NCBI RefSeq assembly: GCF_902459465.1
Contig: NC_047066.1
Coordinates: 1,798,001-1,862,000, forward strand
Length of the DNA stretch: 64,000 bases
Source of the DNA: Asterias rubens
Taxonomy: Eukaryota
Direction of reading: 5' to 3'
Of the stretch, positions 12,463 to 24,377 are shown piece by piece. Each line of letters begins with the position of its first letter. Positions within the stretch are counted from its first letter, which is position 1. The position numbers were made by a program, and so were the translations under genes. The notes under the pieces were generated by a model. That model made no database searches and was not told where the DNA came from. It saw nothing but the letters and a program-made list of their open reading frames with translations.

Positions 12463-15400
12463 GCCCATACTTCTCGCGAATCGCAAAAGCTTAGTGAATT
12501 TCTTTTGTTTGCATCACATATTTGCTACCAGGTGAAGTATGAACTGGGCTTTACAAGTAAATTAAAAAAAATAACTGAACACGGAATGCTTTAAATTAGC
12601 ATATCCTAGTAATGGCATCAGAATTCCAAAGAATTCCCATCAGAATGTGTGTTTTTTTATTCACAAAGATGAAATAACCTTTTTAATGACCTCGGATGTT
12701 CTGTATCTTCTTCTTTTTTTAGGAGACTTTAAAGCGTGTTAAGCTGTTTCATTGTTGCATTGTAAATCTGTTTTCAAAGAATCTAACTTCTTTTTCTTCT
12801 TTTTTATATGAAACGGGGATTTTTACTTGTCATTTTTTTTTTTACATTTTTTATTTATTGACTGATTTTTATTTATTTTTTATTCAACGTAAAAAATTGT
12901 TACCATTGTTGTGCTGGCCATGATAATATTCTGATAATATTCACCTTAATGTTGTAGAGAGAAAAAAATAGGAAGGATGAAAAAGTGTCTTTTCTCTTAG
13001 AAATTCTAGAAATGATGATAATGATGAACATTTCTGCATTGCTATTTTATACTAAAATGACCAGCCTTTGTGACAACGGTGCTATGCCTTCTGTAACTTT
13101 CAAACAATTTCTATACATATTTAATTACAGTTGTTGTTTGCTAATTGGTCATTTCACAAATTTTGAGAGGTGCACCGCATAAGAAGTTAGCCAGAGAAAA
13201 TTGAGCCTCGTTTAAACTACTGCCCATGATGAGTAAGATTCATTCAGTTTTATCCAAGAAGATTTTCGTAATACGTGGTGCTAAATGTAGATGGAAAGCG
13301 AGACTATTTGGCATTTGCGTTACCACAAGTGATTGTTCTTTCGAAGTAATAATCTAAATGATAGAAGTCTTTTTTCACTCTGTGAGATTTGTTCTCATTT
13401 TATTTGCTTCACTTCAAAATGTGTAAGCAATTTCTGTGTATTAAGTCTAACAAGATTTGGGGTTGAACAAAAACAATTTGACGAGAGTTGAACCTGCGAC
13501 CTCCGGATGACTGGCTGGCGCTCTACCATCTAAGCTATCCAACCCTAAGTTTTGTTATTCATAATCATGCCAATAAAAAGTATCTGCATTTAGTATTAAT
13601 CTTAACAAGGTTTGATACGGTTCCTTTGAAGTAAAGGTGTTGACACCCCATGAAGATCACTGTAAATGCATGTTTAATGTGTAGGGACCCCTCCCCCTCC
13701 CCAGTTCAGTGTTGATTTACTTGTCCACTTGCTGCTGCATCACTTATGAATCAATAACGAACAAAGTAGCAAAACTATTTCAGTCATTTTAAAATAATAT
13801 AATAATGCTTTGCCTTTCCTTAAACACATTGATTTTTTTCAAATTGTAAAATCATCACATGCTCTGAAGAAAATGTCAGGCCGTTTTTTTTATCTTACAT
13901 TTTCTGCATAAAATTAAAACCTAATTGTACTTTTCCCTAACTGTTTAAGAATGCTCACAGAAGCAAATGGACGGTTGTATAGATCACACACCATTGTATA
14001 CCCCAAACACCACACACACACCCACCCACACATGTACACGCCTGCAACCGTGGACTGCCTATTGTCCCTCTTTTGTTTATACTCAAAACATTTTGCAACA
14101 GCTCCCATTGGTTTTGTACACATTTTCCAACCGTTATCGGTCCCCGGTTCGAATGTGTATACCTACTCACCCAATCACCTGCAATCAATCAGGGGCCTCA
14201 TAATTATTGTCCCTCTGTTGTTATTGGACATGCTCTCCAACTGGGGACTTTCACCCAACTGGGGACCCTATTGTTCCTTTTGTTATAGGTCCCCTGTTTG
14301 AATGTGAATACAAACCCACACATGTGCAGATTCTACAAAATGCATCCTTGTGGGAAATTATATAGTTTGTTCCTTTGTCCGTGTACTTAACATCCTCCTA
14401 TAGACTTTGTACAAACCCCAGTTTGTTTAATTCCCCTGTGAAGACCTTATGTTTTCCTGTAAAGTACCAAATATGAGCTCATGATTGTCCGTTTACTTGT
14501 TGTTAAAATGCTTAAATTATTCCATCTCATTTTCAAACATTATTCAAGGGTGCTGACTGTACAAATAATCTTCAAACTTGTTTTTAATTCTCAGATAAAA
14601 TGGGCATGATGAACTTTTTACTGTCTATTAAATATGCAATTGTATTTTAGGTAATGTTTTCATTATCAATTTGAAAATTTTAGTAAACACCAACTGTTTA
14701 ATAACTGGTTTTATCTGAAAGGCAAGTCTTAAACATGGAGTCAGATATACGGCTGTGGCTAATTCACCTACCTATTCTTCAGTGTTGTTGCTGAAGTCAA
14801 CAGCCATAGTCAAAGACGCTTAATGTAGAAGTGGCTAAAAACTATAGCTGTGGCTCCAGTATAGCACCCCGTATCCAAATGCATTGTTACAGTGAGTTTT
14901 TTTTAATCAAACCCTGTCTAAAATGTGGCCTTATGTGGATTGTTTTAAGACTTTGGTCTGGTACCGAAGTATTATGAATTTAAAGAATTTATTGCATGAA
15001 TAAATTCAAAGGTGAAAATAAAGGATGTGGGTAAAGAATGAGTATTGTTACTAGTACTGAATGCAAAGTGGATTTACAAGTAACTGTGAAGCTACCATGA
15101 CTCCATGTTGGTACTCCTTGAACAAAAATAATGGTATAGAAACGTACACAGGAGAAAATGATTATTCTTTGTATGTATGTTCTGTAACAGAGTGACAGTA
15201 TGGCGGCTTATTTGTGAAGCCACTATGGTTTCTCTGTTTAGTCGGTAGACGTTTAAGAAATGTGTACAAAACAAGTAGAGGAGAAAATTTGACATGATGG
15301 TACCAGACCACTGAATTAAGAAATGGCCTTAGCTCTGGTTAAGGCAGTATAACTTATTGTATTAAATGTAAAGGAACTGCTTAAAAAACACAGTGCAATT

Positions 15401-16149
15401 TTCTATTTATTGCATTTTGTAGATGGATAGACAATGGAAGAAATTTGTTTTTTGAGAAATTTAGAAAGTACAGGATATATTATAGTAACTCATTTAAATC
15501 TGTAAAATACATGATACATCTTTTATATATATGAATATAGAACAATCTTCTACTTGGGGTTGTATATATATGACGAGATCCATGCCTTAATGTACTTGCT
15601 ATGTCATTGAGTATAATGTGGAGCTATTCACTCACAGAAGAAGATTTTTTTGGAAAACAGGAATAAAATACTCTTCTATCTTGTATTGAATATAAAATGG
15701 GTTTTACTCTTGTCCGTTTTTTTTTGTATGTGTCAGAACTGTGTCTTCTTTAGTCAAGAGGTAGCCTTTAAGTTTGAAGACAGTGTATGTTTTGTTACAG
15801 CTTGGAAGCCCAACATATGCATAAACAACAAACCTGTGCAAATTTTGGCTCATTTGGTCAAATTTTTAAAAAGTCATGAAAGAAAAAATATTGTTGAAAC
15901 TGTGCGCTTTCTGATGCCTGAGCATGGGGGGAAAGCAACTTACATGTGGTGCCTGCCCTTTTAACACCTCAACTCAGATAGGGGGGGGGCAAGGGTTCAA
16001 AGCAGGAAGGCTCCAGGTGTTAAGGGCCAAAGACAAATTATTTATGCGAACTTTTGTTGAAGTGCATACTTTTTGTTATGCATTACTGTGTTTTATGTGC
16101 GACCCTGGGACAAATCCTGATTATCCCCGAATTCACCCCCTCTTAAAAC

Positions 16150-16579
16150 TGGTTGAGATCCATTGAGTCCAATTGGACACCGAGCCACAGGCTCATTCGG
16201 AACCCTGCACGTAACGCTCCGCGTGCATCTGACCCCAGTTTAAATTCCGAGAACGGTTAGGTCCGTGGTTCCGGCCGGGATCATTAGCATTGTATGTGTG
16301 ACAATCCACACGTCGTCCACTCTGCTGCTGAGCAGCACGGTGCACAGAGCCACCCCATACGCACACTGTACGACCCCATACGAAGTCTCTTTCCAGCACA
16401 CGGTGTGCGCAGCAGCTGCGAGCGAGATTGACATTGCGATACGCACACGCTCAAATAATTTGACAAGTGAATGCGGAAGTCATTTTTCACACATTGTTCT
16501 TGTTTCAGCTGCGTAACAGTTCGGCAGCCATAGGCAGCTCAGTTGCTCTGGTACTTGCCTTTGTGAAGAGATTTTAACA
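16150..16579 (+). promoter_or_regulatory. CpG-rich putative promoter/5' UTR of the transcobalamin-like gene
   Basis: GC/CpG-rich block upstream of the ATG; splice acceptor TTGTTCTTGTTTCAG at 16508 suggests an upstream non-coding exon. Confidence 0.4.
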
Positions 16580-19500
16580 ATGAAGATTACTGTGACATTG
16601 TGTTTGCTATTGTTGGCTCTGTCATCTTTTGTTCGATCAGAAGGGGGTAAGTCAAGTACCGTTTAGTGTTTGCAATTGTTATAATGATTAGTTTGCCAAA
16701 TATGTCCAGGATGCATGATGTTTGCAACTTCAATACTTTTGCTTGGGAAGCCTTGCATTAAAATAAATATCACTTTATAATCGGTAAATGTAGGTGCTGT
16801 TTAGTGTTTGCAAGAAAACTGTTTTGTCCCATTGTTATCCCTACTTAACTGAGGAGTCAGTGTATCCCTGGTGGTCACAGGTGTAACCAGACATTTCATT
16901 TCTTCTGTTACTTTTTGTTTGTTTTTGTGGGGGGGGGGGGGCGGGGACGAGAGGGAGTTGAATTGCGATAAATGTCTGTATCAGACTGCCACTTTTTCTT
17001 TAATTGTTACCAGAAGCAGTATCTCATTTACCTTGAGTCAATAAGATTGTTTTGTTTATTATCAATGAAAAATTGGCAGTCTGATTAGTAGACATTGTAA
17101 CATTATTTATTGGGGTGTTTTCTTTAGTTAGCCAGCAAAGTCTGTGTCCATCACCTATTCACTGTTTTGCTTTGAATTATGCAACCCGGCATGCTTTCTA
17201 TCACGTATCAGGGTTATAACTTTTTTTATACTAAAAACAAAAATTGTACGGAAATGCACACGTGTCCATTTTCCTTCATGAGGAAAGTCAAGCGGCAATG
17301 GCAGCACACATTGACACCATCATTTATTGAGAACACTATGTACACGGTGCAGATAAAGGTTCAGATTGTACAACCAGTTCTATTGTATGCAAAATAAGAA
17401 CACACTATATAATGTGGGCCTCTTTTGACCAAAGTTTGTACAGTCATACTGTATCTATTGTTACTTCATAATTTGTTTCCCAGCGACAGCATTCTGTCCG
17501 TAGTCAATATGCCCATTTGATCAGACACACAGTTTAAATGTGCGGCAGCATAAGGATCCCATGATGATTTAAAAGCGCTTCTGATTAAAGGTATCCTCAT
17601 TTCATTGTCCATGTCATCCTGGATTGGGGGAGGGGGGAGGGGTCCCCCAAAACGAAAAACAAAATTATCAGAAAAAAAAGATTACATTTATTTTGTCAAC
17701 TTAAAATAAGTAAATAAGTTTCCTTCAAAACTATCGCTGCGCGGGTGTTTTTTAGTATCAAGTAATAATTCGCAAGGAAAAATGACTGAATAAATTTTCA
17801 GTAATTTGGGGTCACTTGGGTGTGATCCCTAGCTACACGGCTGTTAAAGGTTTTTGGCTTCTTACTGGCAGCCCTAAACAAAGATATTGACAAAATAGTG
17901 AGACTGCCACCATGGGGCTATAGCTCCAGCCTATTAGTATTAATCTGGAGGTCATTGGTTACAAATCCTGCTTTGAAAATTTGTCCTTTTTCAACCCCAA
18001 TATTGTTTGTTATGTCCACCAAAGTTAATAAGCTTATTTTGTTAAAATTATACATTCATTAGAAGTAGATAATTCTCTTGAGACATCTTGCGGAGATGAT
18101 TCTGTCAACTGTGCCCTCACCAAGGCAACCAGATGGTTACTGACGCAACAGGAGGCAGACTGGAGCTGGAACGAGGGCACCAGTTCATCTTCTGTTGTCT
18201 TGGCGATGCAGCTGGCCAATGAGAACTGGTTCTTAGAGAAGGGACTGAAGGCCCAGCTCGGAGTGAAACAGCTAGAGATAGAGTTGCTTGCTGAGCTTGC
18301 CCGATCAGCCAGGTAGGTCCAATCAATAATTTAGTTGGCATAGTGGTATCTTTCCTCGCCTTCCAACTCTAGGACCCCGGTATGAATCTGCCCGGGGGCA
18401 CTACATGGATTGGGCTTTCAGTCCCTACCTGACTGCATGGGTTTGAATCTGCCAGGGGGCACTACGTGGATTGGGCTTTCAGTCCCTACCTGACTGCATG
18501 GGTTTGAATCTGCCAGGGGGCACTACGTGGATTGGGTTTTCAGTCCCTACCTGACTGCATGGGTTTGAATCTGCCAGGGGGCACTACGTGGATTGGGCTT
18601 TCAGTCCCTACCTGACTGCATGGGTTTGAATCTGCCCGGGGGCACTACGTGGATTGGGCTTTCAGTCCCTACCTGACTGCATGGGTTTGAATCTGCCAGG
18701 GGGCACTACGTGGATTGGGCTTTCAGTCCCTACCTGACTGCATGGGTTTGAATCTGCCAGGGGGCACTACGTGGATTGGGCTTTCAGTCCCTACCTGACT
18801 GCATGGGTTTGAATCTGCCAGGGGGCACTACGTGGATTGGGCTTTCAGTCCCTACCTGACTGCATGGGTTTGAATCTGCCAGGGGGCACTACGTGGATTG
18901 GGCTTTCAGTCCCTACCTGACTGCATGGGTTTGAATCTGCCAGGGGGCACTACGTGGATTGGGTTTTCAGTCCCTACCTGACTGCATGGGTTTGAATCTG
19001 CCAGGGGGCACTACGTGGATTGGGCTTTCAGTCCCTACCTGACTGCATGGGTTTGAATCTGCCAGGGGGCACTACGTGGATTGGGCTTTCAGTCCCTACC
19101 TGACTGCATGGGTTTGAATCTGCCAGGGGGCACTACGTGGATTGGGCTTTCAGTCCCTACCTGACTGCATGGGTTTTCCCTGGAATAATTCTCTGGGGTT
19201 TTCCTCCCAAAACTAAAACTGAAACTTAATTTTTGTCTTCTCTTCATGGGGCTCTTTGCTAGTATAGTGATTACGTTTGCTTTTTCGAGAGCTCTTGGCT
19301 TCACACCCGAATAAATAAATGTACATAATGACCCCTTGCATATTCAAAATAGTCCCCTTACTGAGGTCAATGAAGCGCTATTTTTGGCTGAGAGTCTTGC
19401 GCATCACGTACATGTGTGCATGTTTCTATTGGTCTAAACTCTCACGAGACTGTACCATTTGTCTGGAATCCTTTACCCTGGTGATGCTTGAGTTGAAGGA

Positions 19501-22500
19501 TTCAGAAGGCCTGGAATTAAACGAAGGCCACGGAGGCCAAAGTCAAACTGAACCACATCATAGGCCAGTGTTTTGAGTTATTAAAAACTGTGAATCTACT
19601 ATCCAAACCATTTTATTCAAATTTGCATTCAAACTACATTTATAAATGGATTATGTTGGTAATAATAACAGCATTTATAAAGCGAAATATTTCCCCCAAA
19701 ATTGCTCAAAGGCGCTGGTATTGTTCTTTTTTTAACACACACACTCATCCCTTTATTATTTTTCTATTTTTTCTGTTATTACAGACAGAGTGGTTGTGAC
19801 AATAACTCCGAACGCCGCCCACGTCTTGTTCAAATCCCCGTTGGTCGCCTCGCTCTCTACATCCTGGCATTGGAATCTACATGTCACGACACCACAGACT
19901 TCTACGGCAATGACCTTGTGGAGATCTTAGAGCGCAATATGAAGCATTTCCCTCGGAATGACTTCAATAACTACTTCCAATATTCTATGGGGGTGTTGGC
20001 GCTCTGTCAAAGTGGTACCCAAGCTGTGAAGTTGAAGCATATTCGTCAGCTTCTTGAGGGTAAAGAAGACGATGGGTGCTACATGTTTGATGGACAGGGT
20101 TAGTGCTCTTTATAAAAAATAATATGAAGAAAAATAGCTAGTTCTTACATAGCACAGTTTACAATAATGTCAATGCGCTTCACATTATTGGTCATTGGGC
20201 CAATAATCCTTTCATCTTTCTCAGCTCCCTGGGAGTATACAACCCTGAGCTGTTGTGACGCTCTGAAGGCTTTTTCATAAACAACTTTATATCAACCGGC
20301 TACCAGAGAAGCAATTATAATCAAGCATCTTGCTCAGGGACACAAGTGTAATTTTCAGGATTCGAACCCACAGTTAACCACAAGAACTTGAGTTTGATGC
20401 TCTAAACCACTCAACCCAGACACCCTACATCAACAGCAGCGCTCAATTTGATAACATTTGGTGTACTATGTAACCATTCTTTTGCTGAGCGTAATTAAGT
20501 AAGGAACCATCCACCAGAATGCAAAACTTGAAATTTTAGCTGTTTACCAAACTCTGCTTAACAACAATGTTGTGCTAAGCAATACAATGGTTGGTCTCAC
20601 TGTTACAATTCCAAATGACAAATCTGCAACCATCACAGTTGCAGAAAATTGAATATCATGACCATGATTATATTCAGGGAATATGATGTAACTCATGCAT
20701 GAAGAATTCTAATTTAATAAATCTTTTTCATTTGTTTGTTGTTGTTGTTCTTCTTGTTTACATTAGGTGCTGATGTTTCTTCTCTAAGTCTTATGGCTTT
20801 GTCGTGTGCAGAGAATAGTGTCCCAGAGAGTTACAGATCACACTTTGAGCGTCACTTCAATAAGACAATGGATTGTATATTAAGCAAGCAGAATGAAGAT
20901 GGGTCTGTTGGTAACCACATCAGCACAGCTCTTGCTAGTCAGGTAAGTCAAATCTTTTGTAGTTTGTTCATGGATTGACCCCTATTAAACCTTGCTATGG
21001 AAGAGATATTGTTGCTAGGAAATTTGCATGATGTTGCTGTTCATCAGTTAATCTTACTTTACTTGAATTATTTTAAAACCAGTTTTCTTGAAAAACAATT
21101 GGAATACATCACTTAAAGTTAATGTCATGGCTTCTTATTTTTGTGTGTGAAGTATAAACCAGATGCTGAGTGACCTACATAAATTGTGAATTATTGTAAC
21201 ATATTGAATGAGTATTTGAACGTGTCCGAATTTGCTGCTACAGCTGCGCTTATGACTAGATGTTTGCATCATCATGCATTGAAGTATAGGCCACAGTCTA
21301 GAAAGTTTTACATTAAAACTAAGCAAACCTAAAAAGGGCAAGAATTTTTGCCACAGGTTTAATGTTTGTGATAATTTTGGAAGTTTCATCGATGGTTGTG
21401 CTTTGTTTAATTTTATATTGCTTTTTAAAATTCTCTTAACTCTTGTTTACTTTTCAGGCTCTGCTCGCTGCCAATGTGGATCCAATAGTGTGGAAGAAAG
21501 AGCAAGCATTTCAGCACATCCTCAATTCTCAAGATGAAGACGGCCATTTTGGAAACCTTGGAGCCACTGTTCAGATTCTTCCCATTCTTGCTAACAGACA
21601 TCATGGAAGTGTCAAGGAGGTCAAAGCTGCTTGTCTTTTAAATGGTAAAAAAACAAAATCTAAGACAGCTAGCCAGTAGGGCTAAGGCCTTCTTACGATT
21701 TGGTTGTCAAAGTTTGAACTCATTTTGTAATTATTGAGACATCCCACCCGAGTGACATGACTGTAGATATTTTTTTCACAGGATTCGGGGGGGGGGGGGG
21801 GGGGAGTAGTACTGTGAGTATAAAGTGCTTACAGATCAGTGTAAGGGGGAAACAAATTATAGTAACAAATAATTAAACGAATACATTTTTTTGCAAAATT
21901 AACATCTGTTGAAACATCTTCATTTGTTAACAACGTCACGTCAATGTTGTAAATATTTTTTTTCTTTTTCTAACTTCTAACAACTTTTTTCCCGTTGCGC
22001 CATGAAATGCTGGATGGACCTGTGGAAACTGCCATGTAATAAAGCGTTTTCAAATCAACTTTAAAGACAGTGGACACTATTGGTAATTGTCAAAGACCAG
22101 TCTTCTCACTTGATGAATCTCAACATATGCATAAAATAACAAACCTGTGAAAATTTGAGCTCAAACGATCTTTGAATTTGCGAGATAATATTGAAAGAAA
22201 AAAACACCCTTGTCACACAAAGGTGTGTGCTTTCTGATGCTTGATTTCGAGACCTCAAATTCTAAACTTGAGGTCTCGAAATCAAATTCGTGGAAATTAC
22301 GCCTTTCTCGAAAACTACGTCACTTCAGAGGGAGCTGTTTCTCACAATGTTTTATACCATCAACCTCTCCCCCATTACTCGTTATCAAGAAAGGTTTTAT
22401 GATGATAATTACTTTGAGTAATTACCAATAGTGTCCACTGCCTTTAAGCCCTACAACTGAAAAGAAAAAACCTCTTTGCAAACTTTCAGATGCACAGCCT

Positions 22501-24377
22501 ACCGCTGCCCAACCAGCCAGTAACCAATCAGCAACAACAACAGAACTAGGTCCACCAATCACAATTCAAATCACTGTTGAGAATAGCGTCCATGATAATC
22601 AAGAGACAGTGACTATTCCAGTTACTGGCCCAGCTGGCTTAACCCTGTTCCAATTCCTGCAAAGAGCAATGGAGATATCTGGAGATCAATTCTGGTGAGT
22701 GAGAATTTATATCTGGACGTTTCTCAGTAGCTCTATGGGTCTGGCTTCCTAATGTGAGGAAAACATAATAATGATAATCAAGGAATGACGAGTCAACGAA
22801 TAGTCTAATTCTTTCCCAAATTAATGTGACTCAAAACCACTTAGGGTCACAATAATGAAAGCTAGTTTTTATAAAGTACTTGCTTTATCTCTGCAGTCGT
22901 CTCAAAGCGCTTTTTCATTATTTATTTCCCGACGGGTTTTTTAAGATTATGATTTATAAGACCTATTTATGTAACACCTGGTATTTGTTAACAAGATGCT
23001 AGGGTACATTCAGTTCAGCAGCCACTGCCAGAAATACCGGGGCAAACCCCTTCTCTTAGCGATAAGTGTAACTGGGTTCTTGTATGTTACACAACTCATG
23101 AGACCAACAACTTTACGTCTAATCCAAAGGATGAAGCAATAAAATAATAATAAGACTTGTAATGCGCACTTATCCACCCTGCTGGGTGTTCAAGGCGCAG
23201 TAAAACCGGAAAACAAACAAAACAAAGAAAAACAGACACAACCAAATTAGTCCTTAGAAACCTGTGACATAAGATAAGTTTTGAGAAGAGATATTTGAAT
23301 GTTGAATGCAATAATAGTTAAGTATCTTGCTTTAGTACACAAGTGTTAATACCAGGACTCTGCAACGTCAGGCCTTTAGTTGTTTGCATTTATACCATAG
23401 GTTCTTTGGTTGATGGGTAGTTTGGAACAGCTAATTCAATTTTCTATCAAAACATCTTGTTGAATGGAGGAGGTAAGCCTTACTGATGCTTAAAGGTGTC
23501 TCGTTTTTTGTTTTCATTTTGATAGGTTTGAATCTAAAATGACAGACTTTGGTAACTTCATGACCAGTATTAATGGAATTCCCAACGATGGCGTTAACCA
23601 TACCTATTGGACTATCCTCATTGGACCTGAACGGGAGTCCGCTTCTACAGGTGAGTTTAATCTTCACAATCTAAAAGCAAACACCAACACAAAAATGTTG
23701 TCAAATTAAAAATGCCACCACAATTAGAAAGCTTAGTTGGTAGAGACATAGAGCCTCAGATAAACCCAAAGTCAATTTTTCTCACTCCAAATTCTAGAAA
23801 AGAATTTTTGTTTAACTGTGGGTAATTCATTTTCTAAAAGGTCTATCAGTAGATTTGTCTTCCTTGTATTTTGGTTATAAGCTTAGGTTCAAGTTTTAAT
23901 TGACCCATCTTATCAAAGACATACAAGTACTATTTTCCTGTCTAAATTTATGAATTGATCATGTCATAAAATGCCTCTCAGATTTTGGTTTGCCCAATTG
24001 TATTACCATTGTTTTGTGTTACCAATAATTGTATTTACAAATTGTGTTAAATGTTTCATAAAAATCCCCCCAAAATCCTTGTATACATTTTTGTTGATAG
24101 ATATTAAGTTGACTAAAGTCTGGTTCATTCTTCCTGTCATTGCGAATGCATAGTGAATTTGACATCACAGCCGTGTTTGCTGCGAATGTTCCGCAAAAGA
24201 TGCGGAATTGCTTGTTGCCAATTTGTGGCCAAATTCGTTTGAACCGGGCTTTATTCTTCATTATGTTTTATGTGACTGAACTCATTTTTTGCTTTGCCTC
24301 TGTTTTGTCTGACAGGATCTGATGGCATAACACCAGAAGATGGCAAAGAGTATATTTTCTACTACAAAGCTTTCTAA
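16580..24377 (+). CDS. Transcobalamin/haptocorrin/intrinsic-factor family cobalamin-binding protein (461 aa, secreted, alpha + beta domains)
   Basis: Eight phase-consistent exons: 16580-16646 (signal peptide MKITVTLCLLLLALSSFVRS), 18063-18312, 19785-20098, 20767-20942, 21458-21644, 22490-22694, 23526-23650, 24316-24377(TAA). Motifs GRLALYILALESTC, NNYFQYSMGVLALC, DGSVGNHISTALASQ, DGHFGNLGATVQILP and the beta domain FMTSINGI..TYWTIL..GSDGITPEDG match family signatures. AATAAA at 24762. Confidence 0.88.
18335..19328 (+). mobile_element. tRNA-derived SINE hosting the 61-bp array
   Basis: A-box-like TGGCATAGTGG and B-box-like GGTATGAATC precede the array. The body and tail (GGGTTTTCCCTGG...AAACTGAAACTT...GAATAAATAAATGTA) also occur without amplification at ~59825-60045 and ~63415-63610. 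Confidence 0.7.
18384..19176 (+). repeat. Minisatellite, 13 x 61 bp, in intron 2 of the transcobalamin-like gene
   Basis: Unit GAATCTGCCAGGGGGCACTACGTGGATTGGGCTTTCAGTCCCTACCTGACTGCATGGGTTT starts every 61 bp from 18384 to 19116, with only single-base variants in copies 1, 3, 5 and 10. Confidence 0.98.
20165..20425 (-). mobile_element. tRNA-derived SINE with Deu-like core
   Basis: Reverse strand: A-box-like GGTTGAGTGGTTTAGAGC, GGGTTCGAATCC, ACACTTGTGTCCCTGAGCAAG, TGTATACTCCCAGGGAGCTGAG, tail GTGAAGCGCATTGA. Confidence 0.6.
22061..22447. mobile_element. Kolobok-type MITE, same family
   Basis: TTAA at both ends, 24-bp TIR, perfect 17-bp central stem (22241-22257/22269-22285). Confidence 0.88.
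23000..23200. mobile_element. SINE fragments: Nin-like core (23000-23140) and a reverse SINE/LINE 3' tail (23145-23200; also 6950-7015)
   Basis: CCCCTTCTCTTAGCGATAAGTG.ACTGGGTTCTT...GACCAAC.ACTTTACGTC..ATCC.AAGGA.GAAGCAA; shared tail TAATAAGACTTGTAATGC.CAC.TATCCAC.CTGCT.GGTGTT.AAGGCGCAG. Confidence 0.5.

Noticed and set aside
16193-16516. Overlapping 68-83-aa ORFs upstream of the transcobalamin-like ATG
   Set aside because: Expected in a GC-rich promoter block with few stops; no recognisable domain or splice structure.
18384-19176. 61-bp array as a CRISPR array
   Set aside because: Units are contiguous with no unique spacers, there are no cas genes, the context is a eukaryotic intron, and the unit derives from a SINE.
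22210-22431. Recurring similar ORFs (also 12221, 30751, 46821, 47879, 51776) as a gene family
   Set aside because: They are chance frames within copies of the same non-coding Kolobok-type MITE; no transposase motifs.
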